DNA of 64,000 nucleotides from Octopus sinensis (taxonomy: Eukaryota), in NCBI RefSeq assembly GCF_006345805.1, contig NC_043014.1, positions 18,352,001 to 18,416,000 of the forward strand, given 5' to 3'. Positions 1 to 12,212 of this stretch are shown here, piece after piece. The notes below the pieces were generated by a model. The model had not been told where the DNA came from. It was given only the letters and a program-made list of their open reading frames with translations, and did no database searches. The position numbers were made by a program, and so were the translations under genes. How positions within the stretch are numbered: the first letter of the stretch is position 1; each line of letters starts with the position of its first letter.

Positions 1-50
1 GTATATTTTACCCCAGTGTCACTTTGATGGCATGCACTGCCCTCTCACTC

Positions 51-92
<42 letters not shown>
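1..92 (+). mobile_element. 3' tail of an (AAT)n-terminated non-LTR element (same tail as 19570-20100)
   Basis: TTTACCCCAG..CACTTTGATG..ATGCACTG..CTCTCACTC(AAT)n matches 20040-20100. Confidence 0.6.
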
Positions 93-94
<2 letters not shown>

Positions 95-124
95 CATCGA
101 AAAATACCTTTGAAATTTCCATAA

Positions 125-170
125 GACGCCTGATGAACACTGGAGGGTATATCAGCCGAAACGTTGTGTT
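125..170 (+). ncRNA. Minimal type-I hammerhead ribozyme, stem II partly decayed
   Basis: GACGC-CUGAUGA-A-[cactg..cagcc]-GAAA-CG-UU-GUGUU; stem I 125-129/166-170; paralogue of 753-798. Confidence 0.7.
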
Positions 171-249
171 AACAATAAACAAGATGAAGACAAATATCCG
201 TCAAATGTAAATAATGTAAATAAGCTACACAAAAGTAATTGAAAATCTC

Positions 250-326
250 TTTCAGTTCTATATTTAAGAAATGAGGAATTATGTTTCTTATTTACATTAT
301 TTACATTTGACGGATATTTGTCCTAA
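250..326 (-). repeat. Inverted copy of the PLE terminal-repeat tail
   Basis: Reverse complement reads AGGACAAATATCCGTCAAATGTAAATAATGTAAATAA, matching about 815-850 and 187-222. Confidence 0.75.
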
Positions 327-624
327 TCTAGTCGCCCCCTCAAAATAAGGGTAGGGGAACATCGTAAAGCTGTGACACGAGGAGATATTGATAAATCGGG
401 TATAATTGATCATGTGTGGGACCTCGGAGACCACAGTGGGATGAAGTTAAAATAATAGACAGGGAATACCACTGGAAAATACGAAAACTAAAAGAAGCAG
501 CACATATACTAGGACATAATAACCGCCTAAGAAGACCTAGTGCAGATATGAGTAGCATATGGGAACCGGTATTAAGGAAGGATAGAAAAATATTAGATTT
601 ATAAGCTCTAAAATTTATTCTCTA

Positions 625-680
625 TGGTGTAGTGGTTAAGAGCGCGGGCTTCTAACACCAAGATTCAAGGCAGTGGCCTG
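625..680 (+). promoter_or_regulatory. tRNA-like segment (Pol III A box) inside the PLE terminal repeat
   Basis: TGGTGTAGTGGTTAAGAGCGCGGGCT is a tRNA 5' half with A box; adjacent B box absent here, B-box-like GGTTTGAAATT at about 735-745. Confidence 0.55.
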
Positions 681-752
681 AATAATAATAATAATAATAA
701 TAACTTCGAAATATACCTAAGGAATGAGAACCCAGGTTTGAAATTTCCCCAG

Positions 753-798
753 GACACCTGAAGAAGGCTGGAGAATATATCAGCCGAAACGTTGTGTT
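753..798 (+). ncRNA. Minimal type-I hammerhead ribozyme (PLE-associated)
   Basis: Stem I GACAC/GUGUU, core CUGAAGA (758-764), extra A, stem II GGCUG/CAGCC with 10-nt loop, GAAA, palindromic AACGUU, predicted cleavage after GUU (793). Confidence 0.8.
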
Positions 799-999
799 AA
801 CAACAAACAAGATGAGGACAAATATCCGTCAAATGTAAATAACGTAAATAATGTATTTATTCGAGACTGTTAATTACCAGTTTTTTTCTCCCATGTCTTT
901 ATAAACTCTACATAAACAGAGGAGTAATTTCAGTAAAAACAATATCAGGAACCAGCAGCAAAGCGAGTGCGAAACAGGAGAAATTTTCAGAATAAGAAA

Positions 1000-1182
1000 T
1001 TCCATCTGACAAGTATTTCGGCCCTTACTCGTTGTACTCTAAAAGCTCCAAGGTCATGACTCCTAGTTGTCCTCCTACCGCTTTCCAAAATCCTGTCTTC
1101 ACTGGGATTCGAACCTGGGTCATTCTTTTTGTGATCTTGTGTTCCCAGGTTTGTGTTTCAGACCGCTAGGCCATGGTGACCA
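1000..1182 (-). mobile_element. tRNA-headed SINE-like element
   Basis: Minus strand: A box TGGCCTAGCGG ... B box GGTTCGAATCC. Confidence 0.55.
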
Positions 1183-1379
1183 CGGAATCCATAGATCGTT
1201 TCTCTTTGTCCATATCCACATTCAGCAGGATTTACAGCTAGACTGTTGTGAACACCAGGTAAATAAATATTGTAAACAGTGTTTAAACAAGTTGTATATC
1301 CAAATACAAAATTGTTATACATCTAATATATAAAATAGAGATGCGTGCTTATTCACTTTTCATATATATATATATATAT

Positions 1380-1756
1380 TACTCTTTTACTTGTTTCAGT
1401 CATTTGACTGCGGCCATGCTGGAGCACCGCCTTTAATCGAGCGACCCCGGGACTTATACTTTTGTAAGCCCTGTACTTATTCTATCGGTCTATTTTGCCG
1501 AACCGCTAAGTAACGGGGACATAAACACACCAGCATCGGTTGTCAAGCAATGCTAGGGAGACAAACACAGACACACAAACACACACACGCATATACATAT
1601 ATACATATATACGACGGGCTTCTTTCAGTTTCCGTCTACCAAATTAACTCACAAGGCTTAGTAGAAGACACTTGCCCAAGGTGCCACGCAGTGGGACTGA
1701 ACCCTGAACCATGTGGTTGGTAAACAAGCTACTTACCACACAGCCACTCCTGCGCC
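1380..1756 (-). mobile_element. tRNA-derived SINE, family A (near full length)
   Basis: Head GGCGCAGGAGTGGCTGTGTGGTAAG..GGTTCAGTCCC, CCTTGGGCAAG motif, internal TA/TG tract, tail CAAATGACTGAAACAAGTAAAAGAG; more than 10 copies in the window. Confidence 0.9.
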
Positions 1757-1769
1757 TATATAAATATAT

Positions 1770-1863
<94 letters not shown>

Positions 1864-1871
1864 GTATGTAC

Positions 1872-1906
<35 letters not shown>

Positions 1907-1929
1907 TGTATCTATGATTGTATATCCTT

Positions 1930-2440
1930 TTAGTCTCTGGTCCTTTTCCAGAGGTTGGGGGCCATACTGGAGCACCGCCTCTCAGTGTTTTAGGGGTCTC
2001 TTTTTGGTACAGTTCTTGGTGAAGATGCGAGTTGGACGAAGCTGTTCCTCTTTGTGCCCCGTGTCGCGATGTGGGCTCATATAAGATTTCAGATAAAAAT
2101 TTGTCCAGGTGCATTTTGATCGTCTCCACATCTACACCTCTTAGGTTCTTTGCCAGGATGTTAAACAGTTGTGGTCCCCCGAAAGCGAGATTGTTGGAAT
2201 GCTGGGCCCTTATCTTCAATGAAGAAGTCCATATCTTTGGTATAATGCAGCGCCGTCCATTTCGGTGATTGGTATAGCTTTTAATTCCATAGTTTGGAGC
2301 TAGACCTTCTAGGATCTTCCATATGCATATCACTGCATACCTTTCTTGCCTTCTCTCGAAGGAGCAGAGCTTCATTCCTTGTAGCCTCTCTCAGTAAATC
2401 ATGTTTCATCGAGTCAGCCTTCTTCTACATGCATATACCT
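1930..2440 (-). mobile_element. CR1/L2-type LINE 3' fragment (decayed ORF2 C-terminus)
   Basis: [41 protein letters not shown] matches the LYSLERRRER..WKIL..LFN.LP..LDKFL pattern. Confidence 0.8.
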
Positions 2441-2472
2441 ACCTACCTACCTACCTACATACATACATATAC

Positions 2473-2595
<123 letters not shown>

Positions 2596-3106
2596 TGTGT
2601 GTGTGTATACTTATAATGCGGGCAACTTCATGATAGTGCCACACGCAAGAAGAGAATGTTAAATGACTCTAAAATTACCTTATTTATCGCATACCCACAG
2701 GCTGAAGGCTTGACACACACAACGTACATATTCCTGCAAACATTTGTAGATGCGCTGGAGAGGCGTAGTTGTATTTGTATGGTATGTATAAATAGAGTAA
2801 AGGGAGTTATAACCCTGAAGTAGAAATCAATTGATCTATGGCTAAATCTTTTTTGTTCATTTCCCTCACTTCAGCCCGTGTCTATGTGATAAATAAGGTA
2901 GTTTTAGAAACATTTCACATCTTCTTCTAGCATGTGGCACCACCATATAGTTGCCCTTATCATAATTATTATAGAAAATTATATAATCTGCATTAATTTA
3001 CACCTAAAAGCTTTTACATGCTAGCTACCTGATAGGATCCTCTACATCCTATACATGCATACATATATACATACATACATACACACATGCATACATATAT
3101 ACATAC

Positions 3107-3137
<31 letters not shown>

Positions 3138-3146
3138 TAAATATAC

Positions 3147-3188
<42 letters not shown>

Positions 3189-3228
3189 ATAATATATATA
3201 TGTACATGCAGTCATAAATGACAGAGAA

Positions 3229-3520
3229 ATAGTTTGATGAAATTTATTTAACAATAAGAACATCCTAATATCACGAGAAATAGTTTCGTAACGTAATAAC
3301 ATAAATAATTTATATTATAATTTTAGATAATAAATAATATACCTGAGGACGTAGCTTAAGTTCTTCATTATATTGAGGGATTTTTTTTTCATTTTGCATT
3401 AATGCAAGCTGGTAAGTAGTTTATTTCTTATTAAGAATTATCTGCATGTTTTTAAGTTACGAAGCAATTTCTCGTGATATTAACAGTTCCTTATTGTAAA
3501 ATAAAATTTCATCAAACTAT
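3229..3520. mobile_element. MITE-like element with imperfect 65-95 bp terminal inverted repeats
   Basis: ATAGTTTGATGAAATT..AATATCACGAGAAAT..TTCGTAAC has its reverse complement at 3456-3520. Confidence 0.6.
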
Positions 3521-3820
3521 GGCTTTATACACTCCTTATCATTTTCTCTTATATCGTACTATATATATTCTATGTTTTGTAGAATAATACCTTAAGGAAC
3601 ATTTTTTATGAGTATTGCCGTATTACTTGAATCCATATATAGTGAATTAAATTTATATACATGTATGTATGCATGCATGTATACACACACACATACACAC
3701 ACATACACACACACATTATAGAGCGTAATAAGAATCTAAGTTTTCAATCTAATCCTTATCTTACTAACTCCTTATCTTATCTGCTCAACCGTACATTATT
3801 TTTATTTTTTTGTATTTATG

Positions 3821-4113
3821 CACCCTTTTCAAGCCTAGCCAGGCTCATGGGCCCGGTTTCTATGGCATATGTGTTCCCGCTTGCTGGACGGGCCGCTAGT
3901 CCCTCGCAACATTACTCAAGAAACAGGAAGAAAGGGTGAGAGAAAATTGGGGCGAAAGAGAACAACAGGGGTCGCCACCAAACCCAGTCGGAACATCGTG
4001 GAACTTTAGGTGTTTCCGCTCAATAAACACACACAACGCCCGGTCTGGGAATCGGAACCATGATCCTCCTACCGCGAGATCGCTGCCCTAAGCACTGGGC
4101 CATTGCGCCCCCA
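3821..4113 (-). mobile_element. tRNA-derived SINE, family B
   Basis: Head GGCGCAATGGCCCAGTG..GGTTCCGATTCCCAGACCGGGCGTTGTG on the minus strand. Confidence 0.85.
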
Positions 4114-4440
4114 CCAACCGTACATTAGGATACATAAACATGCTTCACTATAGCCAATACTAGGCTTTTAACTGCACACATGCTTACAAAAACAAAACTC
4201 GCATTCAAACATTTAATGAGTTCAATTGACTAAGTGATCGTATAGTTACCACAATGCTGGATCGATTCCAGAACAGTGGGATTAGGAAGCACATTTTTTA
4301 GCGTCGGATATGGTTAGATATGGGTATACATAATAAATCTCTATATCTTTAAGGACACACCCACACACACTCATACGCACACATACATACACATACATGC
4401 ACACACGCGCGCACAAGTATATATATAAGTATATATATAA

Positions 4441-4476
<36 letters not shown>

Positions 4477-4520
4477 TACATGCGTACTTTACATATATAT
4501 ACATACATTCATGCCTCTGC

Positions 4521-4573
<53 letters not shown>

Positions 4574-4574
4574 A

Positions 4575-4612
<38 letters not shown>

Positions 4613-4613
4613 C

Positions 4614-4670
<57 letters not shown>

Positions 4671-5263
4671 TATTTAATTTTAAGACCTGAGAATGAGAGG
4701 ATCGCAAAGGCTTCGTTTAGGCTAATTTGTACGCTTCTTGGCTCTGATTTCATGTTCTCCCACTTCTAACTTTCTTTTATTCCTTCTAAGTCGAGGAAAT
4801 AATTATCAGCCACAGAATTACTGATCCATTACACTACACTCAATCATTTCTCTAGAAAACTTTGTTGGACCCGTGGCCAAAAAGTTTTTATATTTCTAAG
4901 GGGAATCACTCTTCTACGGCACACTACAAGGGACATAACTTTTGACTGCGTATATATGTTGGCTAAATATTGATTTGGATCACACGTTTAAGGGATACTT
5001 GTGTTGAGGAAATGTCAATCTTATTGCCTAACATCAGTCACAGCATATTTATCTAATTTTGTTACCGGGAAGAATGAAAGGAAATCTCACTGTAACAGGA
5101 ACCGGTTGAAACTTTGTTTTTAGTCTTTATGACTTATAAGCAGACTCCCTGTGTGTTTGTGTTTGTGTGTGCGTGTGTGCTTGCATTTTTGCGTCCGTGC
5201 TTGTATGCTTGTATATAGATATATGTATATACGCATACAAACACACATCTATCTATCTATCTT

Positions 5264-5341
<78 letters not shown>

Positions 5342-5342
5342 C

Positions 5343-5398
<56 letters not shown>

Positions 5399-5492
5399 GT
5401 CTTTCTATGTATCTATCTGTCTTTCTATCTATCTTCCTCTCTCTCTCTCTATCTACCTACCTACCTACCTACCTACCTACCTACCTACCTAC

Positions 5493-5548
<56 letters not shown>

Positions 5549-5568
5549 TTATCTATCTATCTGTCTGT

Positions 5569-5606
<38 letters not shown>

Positions 5607-6745
5607 CGTCCGTCCGTCTGTCTGATTGTCTGATTGTCTGTCTGTCTGTCTGTTTGTCCGTCCGTCCGTCTGTCTGACTGTCTGATTGTCTGTCTGACTG
5701 TCTGTCTGACTGCTTGCCTGTCTGTCTGTCTGTCTGCCTGTCTGCCTGTCTGCCTTTCTGTCCGTTTATACACATACGCAATAACATTCACACACATAAT
5801 TCAAATGGAAATGAGCCAAAAGAAATAACACAGACTGGTCAGCAGCATGCCTTTGAACAACAGTTCAATACAGATATATGAAGTACCACACAACATAAAT
5901 TGTTGAGGTATTAAAATTATCTCCATCCCCAGAGGAAGTGCTATAGTTATCATATGCCATTCAAGACGAGCTCCTCACGAGTTGGGGAAATAATTTTAAC
6001 AATCAAAATTCCTCCAGTGATGACAATCCATTATACAAAAGGACAGGTTTATTGCCTAGATATAAGACAGCAGTCGTGGATACGTGTCTCTGCCTCAATA
6101 TCAGCAGAAGAAGTGTCCAATCCTATTTCTATCAGCCGAGGGAGATAGAAGTGTAGAATACTTTTATGGGTAAGGTCATTTGCATAAATCAAGCAAAAAT
6201 GAGTTAAGAAGAATAACTCAGACTGGCTAGTAGCTTGCCTTATGATAAATGTGACATATACACTTTATGCAGAAATAGTTTTAAAAAATGAAGAATCTAT
6301 GTTTTATTTTCCATGTACTTTTGTCAATAGGGCATAGAAAATCGCACGTAAACTGATGCAAACATCATGTGTTCTGTGCATGGCAATGAAGAGATGAAGG
6401 CGTGTCCCATTCTCAAATGTTATTTGTTTAGTGGTGCTTCTGGTGGGAGAGGTTGTAGGACCAAAAATATCACAACTTACTGTCAACTAATCATATTTGG
6501 ATGTATTTGCAAATATATTGATAAGTTTGTCACGCTGTGCACGGTTTTGAAACTGGAGACTGATCTTCTCAGATTTATTATCAAAAAGCTTCAAATTCTA
6601 ATAAAATATACATACTCTACTTTACGTATTGGTTACTGTAGACGTTTACCAGTCAGCACACATACAGACACGCGAACACGCACATATGCACGCATACATA
6701 TATGCATATATATAGAAAAATATACATACATAGGCACAAACGTGC

Positions 6746-6791
<46 letters not shown>

Positions 6792-6795
<4 letters not shown>

Positions 6796-7408
6796 GATAT
6801 AGTGTATATTTATACACATAAGGAATCCACTTATAGGAATTCAATACGTTAGAAAGAACAGCATGATTATATAACCACAAAAATTGGGGATAAAATTCGA
6901 CAGGAACGAATTAAAACATGAAAAACATTTTACCATCAAGTTTCCTGGACCAATTGGTTTCTGGTTTTAGTTTAGCGAGTCAAGGAACTCACTAGGTGCA
7001 ATCTTCTTCAGAGGGACCGCCTAGGGTTAAACGTATACAAACGGGACGATCAAAAACTACTTGCCTCGTGTTTATACGTCCTAACCTTTTCAAAATCTAC
7101 TGCGCAGCCGCAGTCCTTCGAAGGCAATAAAAAAAACAGCCACCTGTTAAAACCGAAAATTATCCAAAAAACTTTCAATATTTAATCATATCAAAGGGAA
7201 ATGGAAATTAATTAAAATTTACATTTCCAGTGGTCTAACGTGTAAAAGATTTAGTCAAAAAGACTATATATTAGTCATACGATATAGTGTATATTTATAC
7301 ATATAAGGAATTCAACACGTTAGAAAGAACAGCTAGGTTCTAAAACCACAAAAATTAGGGATAAAATTCGACAGGAACGAATTGAAAAATGAAAAACATT
7401 TTACCATC
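6792..7408 (-). mobile_element. Non-coding PLE/retrozyme-like unit with ~135-145 bp direct repeats and a hammerhead
   Basis: 6792-6937 is repeated at 7277-7408; hammerhead motif at 6943-7017 on the minus strand. Confidence 0.65.
6943..7017 (-). ncRNA. Type-I hammerhead ribozyme with extended stem II (stem I imperfect)
   Basis: Minus: GUCCCU-CUGAAGA-A-GAUU..UAGUGAGU/ACUCGCUA hairpin..AACC-A-GAAAC-CAAUUG-GUC-CAGGA; stem III region ACCAAUUGGU is palindromic. Confidence 0.65.
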
Positions 7409-10400
7409 TAAAAATAAGATACTTTCGCTCACAAACTGGCTACCAAGTGGATGGCGGGACAAAATGTACTCTGAATTAGAGTAATAGAACAGACACACAC
7501 ATACATGCATGCATACATACATACATACATACATACATACATACATACATACATACATACATACACACATACATACATACATACATACATACATACATAC
7601 ATACATACATACATACATACATACATACACACACACATACATACATACAGACATACATACACACACACATACATACATACATACATACATACACACATAC
7701 ATACATACATACATACATACATACATACACATACATACATACATACATACATACATATGCATACATAGATGTATGCATAAATATATAGGTATACTGTAGA
7801 ATTTTTTTGGCGAAGAACCTGTGTTCAGCTGAACTAGAATAATCAAAAAATATCATTCAGTGCTATGTCTTCATATAAACGAAATACACACGTATACACA
7901 CAAACGCGTCTACACACACAGATACATGCACACACTCGCGCACGCACGTACATACACATACTTCTCTCTCTCTCTCTCTCTCTCTCTTGCACACATACAC
8001 ACACACTCACACACAGTTACTCACACTTTTATGTATACCAATACAGATACAAATTGTACTTTGTAATTATAAGTCTATTCAACAGAGATATTTGGCTTTC
8101 GAATCAACAATGCTCCAGTTAATCAAACATTACTGTTTCTTCGATACGTCTATGATTCTTTCGTTCTTCTTTCTTTCTTTCTTTCTTTCTTTTTCTCTCT
8201 CTCTCTCCCTCTCTCTCTTTTGCATTGCGTATATATAACCCAGTTAATTATGTAAGTATACTGACATAGGTTTATATGAAACTGTATATGGACATCCCAC
8301 TTTTTATCACGCATGTCATTTTATCAAGGCATAGTTTGTTTCATGTGTGCCTTCCTTCATCCGATGTGTGGCGACAAGAGTGATAAAGGAATGTCGTTAT
8401 AACATGATGCAGAACAAATACCACAAGGGACTCCATTCAGCAACGTAGCTAGCTTTTACCGACGTATACCTCTATATCTAATCATATACACGCTAGAATG
8501 TAACTTTGATAAATCAAGAAATTTTGTTATATGGGATTTGACATACTGGTGTGCGTGCGTGTGTGTGTGTACGCGCGCGCGCGCGCGCGTGTGTGTGTTT
8601 GTATGTATGAGTATATATATGACTGGGTTTGTGTGTGTCAGTGATGAACTAGAATGTGAGTTATCCACTTCGCGTTGTGTAATTCGTAATTTCTTTTAAA
8701 TGGCTGTTCCCTCTTAACTGGATACCAATAGTTTTATGTAATTAATACACAATTATTCAATCGTAGTTTAAAGAAAACTGGTATAAAATCGGCCATTTTG
8801 TTTGAATGAGTGTAAATGAGATTTCAAACGAGATTTCGTACAACATGTGGCATAAAGAGAAAATAAATAATTAAATCACTCAAGGTATGAAATCTTTCAG
8901 GGAGAATACTATTGGTTATTTCCCCTGTGGTGTATGTGAACGGCGGATTATGGCAGAAGTATAATGGAAGTTCGATGAAATTAACATAAATTTTGTAGTT
9001 ACGGATATAATATGAAATATTATTTCGTATAATGTAATTTTGAAATTATTAATTGATACACCTGTCGAAGATTTGTGCTGGAATACGACGACGACAAGGA
9101 CGATGGCGGTGAAGGCAGCGGCGCGGTGATGAGAACAGCAAAATAAGAAGTGAGACAGAAATGGTGGATTTGTAAGGAGTATCAGAAGAAGAAAATCCTC
9201 ATTAAGAAAAGAAATTAGAGTAATAATTACACTAGTGCTTTGTGGGGCTGTAGATGACATGAGCATGTTCTTTCACTTCTGACTTACAACTACAATAATC
9301 ATGAAAAAATATGAAGTTGTCCGTAGATTCTGTGGTAATAATCAAATGGAAGAATATATTAACTGGAGGAAAAGTAAGCGCTGACATTCTGGCATACAGC
9401 AACGATTGCATGTGATACTGAAAGTTCTGTATTTGATTTCATAAAAGAGGCGAAGGCATATAAGAAGCACTTCAATTTCAGCAGTGCATATAGAGGAAAA
9501 TAGGTTTTTGTGCAGTAAAGCATATAATATTAGCCCAATTCTGCATATGGGAATCGGAGTGACTGTTTGAGATATTTGTTGGGGGAAAAAATTAGAACTA
9601 TATGCCATCATATACGGTATGTATCCCAATGCATTTAAAAATAATGGTATTACTTGCAGTAAAGACCTCACTGCTAAGTGGTCTCGGCAGTAGAAGGTTG
9701 GTTAAGACGATGAATCTTGGGGAAAAGTTATCGTCCGTTGGTGGCTGTCAATTCATTTCGCTCAAATGTTACTTTTGATCTTGAGAAAGATCATCCACAC
9801 TTATACGAGTCAATTCTTCGATACAATGTTTCAGATACAAAACAGCCTTCTTCACAAATCTCACCGCTTCCCCTAAAGTCCTTTGCGTGACATTGGTATA
9901 GCCGATTTGATTATCATAGTGTTCATTAGAACTTATTTCATTGGCCCTAAATGGATTAAACATAAAAACTATCTGACCAGAATGTAAATTTGGGATTAAC
10001 GGATGTATAACTAAAGCATTTTGTCCGATATTGCTGACTCTCCTGTTTCGCCATTTTATTAATGATTTGTAACACTGGCGTATGGCTATATATTTGAAGG
10101 AGGAGGATGGCTGATAATATCGATATCACTTCTTCAATAGTGATTTATTTTATGGAGACACGAAAGGATGTTAGATGGTTGTAATCTGAGTGGGATTTAA
10201 ACCTAGAACAATAAAAGCCGAAACAAATTCTGTGAGGAATTTTGATTAACAAACTATCGATACTGTCAACAGTACTAGGAATAATTCTTTCTCTTGTAGG
10301 CACAAGGCCTGAAGTTTTTGTTGTGGGAAATAGCCGATCACATTGACCCCAAAAGGATGTTGATCATGGTAGAAATTGAACTCAGAACGTAAGGATAGAC

Positions 10401-11831
10401 GAAATGCCGCTGAGCATTGTACGGAGTGCTAACGATTTTACCAGCTCGTTTACTTGCAACAACAATAGTTGCTAACATTAATAGTCGTTCCTAACATAGA
10501 GACACGGCCAAAAATTTGTGTGGAGGGAAAACCGACTATGTTGAACCGGTATTTGAGAAGTTTTTTTGTTTTTTTTACTTTATCAATCATGGAAAGAAGA
10601 AAAGCTGGGTTTTAACCAAAGGTGTAATAAGTGTCGCAAGAAATTGTGACAGATGCTCTAGCGATAATTATGAACATAATAATTGTTTCAAATATAGGCC
10701 CGAAATTTGGGGAGCGGGGTTAGCCGATACCATTGACCCCACTACTTGATTGGCACTTTGGATGAAAAATGAAACCGGAGTTTGAAACTAGGTCGTAAGA
10801 AATCGGAAACAAATGCTACAGTGGATTTTGTCCGACGCTTTGAACAACAATTCACAGTTCACAACGATGATGAAAATAATAATAATAATGGTAAACTTTG
10901 GCAACCACTACATACACTGTCTCTCTTCCTGTACCTCCTCCTGCTCCTCGACCTCCATGATGATGACGATGTCATCGTCGTCATCGTGATCTTCATCATC
11001 ATCATTGTCATAGTCGACACATTTCCTTTACCATCTTCTTCCCCCCCCCTCTTCAGATTAACCAATTAAAACACTGCAATTATTGCCAGACTAAATTACC
11101 ACAAATCATTGCGCATACTTGTTTTTAGAATATAATTTTGAAATATTAAAAAAAGAATTTATAGCCTTGTAGCACCGTATGAATTATAAGCTCCAACATC
11201 CGCTTAGAACTGGCTGCGTGTGTTTCACGTAAGTGTAGGCAAACATTTGGTCGTCCGCTGCCCCACCGCTTTCTTCATCTATTTCGGTTTAACGGGGAAC
11301 TAAAAAAAATTTCATTATGTTTTATGACGAAGACATTTTTGAAAGTTTAGACGATGAACTTGCCGCGGCTACCATTCCCACCAAGGGTTATAACGGTATG
11401 TAAACGTTTACAATTCTTATTGATGCTATTGACGTTGTTGTGGTGGTCGTCGTCGTCGTTGTTGCTTCAGATAATGCATCCTTTTTGTAACTGTAGATCA
11501 GCCTAACTCGAGCAGATCGATGATTAAAGACATTCCAGCCATGGCCATACTGTTTTTTATGTCATCTCGAAAGTTAAATTACGCACAGATATCTCAAAAA
11601 CTAAATAGGCAACAAAATTGCTCTGACGATATATTTCTAGAACCAAAATACTCAAATAAGCTACAACGCTCATCTGTATGGATGTGATTGATAGCATCCT
11701 TGTTGGGGCTCTTGGTATTATGGCTGCTTCTGCAGATGATGTTCTTATCACTGATTTCGCGCAGCTGTTGATGTTGCAGTTCTGGGAAGGATTTTTTTTT
11801 GTAGTTATTGCAGTTGTCATCGTTTCTAATC

Positions 11832-11915
11832 AAGTATTTAGTAGACATGCCTTGTGCAGTTCTTAATGATTTAATCCGTTTGGGCATCGCACTGATGAAT
11901 AGTGTCTGCACAAAT
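11832..11915 (-). mobile_element. Tc1-like transposase C-terminal remnant
   Basis: LQTLFISAMPKRIKSLRTAQGMSTKY resembles the Tc1 terminus L..SMP.RI..V..A.G..TKY. Confidence 0.55.
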
Positions 11916-11982
11916 AAAACGGCATATTGAGTGTGTATATTTGCTTTTGAAAAGTCTGTGTATAATATTCTTGTTTTTTATT

Positions 11983-12170
11983 CTTTTACTTGTTTCCATC
12001 ATTTGACTGTAGCCATGCTGGAGCCATAATGGGTTTTAATCGAAGAGATCAACTGCAAGACTTAGTCTTCGTTTGTCTAGTATTTATTCTATCGAGCTCT
12101 TTTGGTGAAAGCTAGGTTATGTGGATATAAACACACCAGCATCGGTTGTCAAACGATGGTGGACCCACGC

Positions 12171-12212
<42 letters not shown>

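Larger units (their letters stand above)
330..855 (+). mobile_element. 5'-truncated Penelope-like element: GIY-YIG C-terminus plus terminal repeat
   Basis: ORF 416-604 PQWDEVKIIDREYHWKIRKLKEAAHILGHNN..IWEPVL resembles the PLE endonuclease C-terminus; a hammerhead-containing repeat follows. Confidence 0.8.

Noticed and set aside
5830-6500. Coding-like stretches (open frame 5950-6155; Cys-containing frame 6367)
   Set aside because: No recognisable motif and no consistent splice partners
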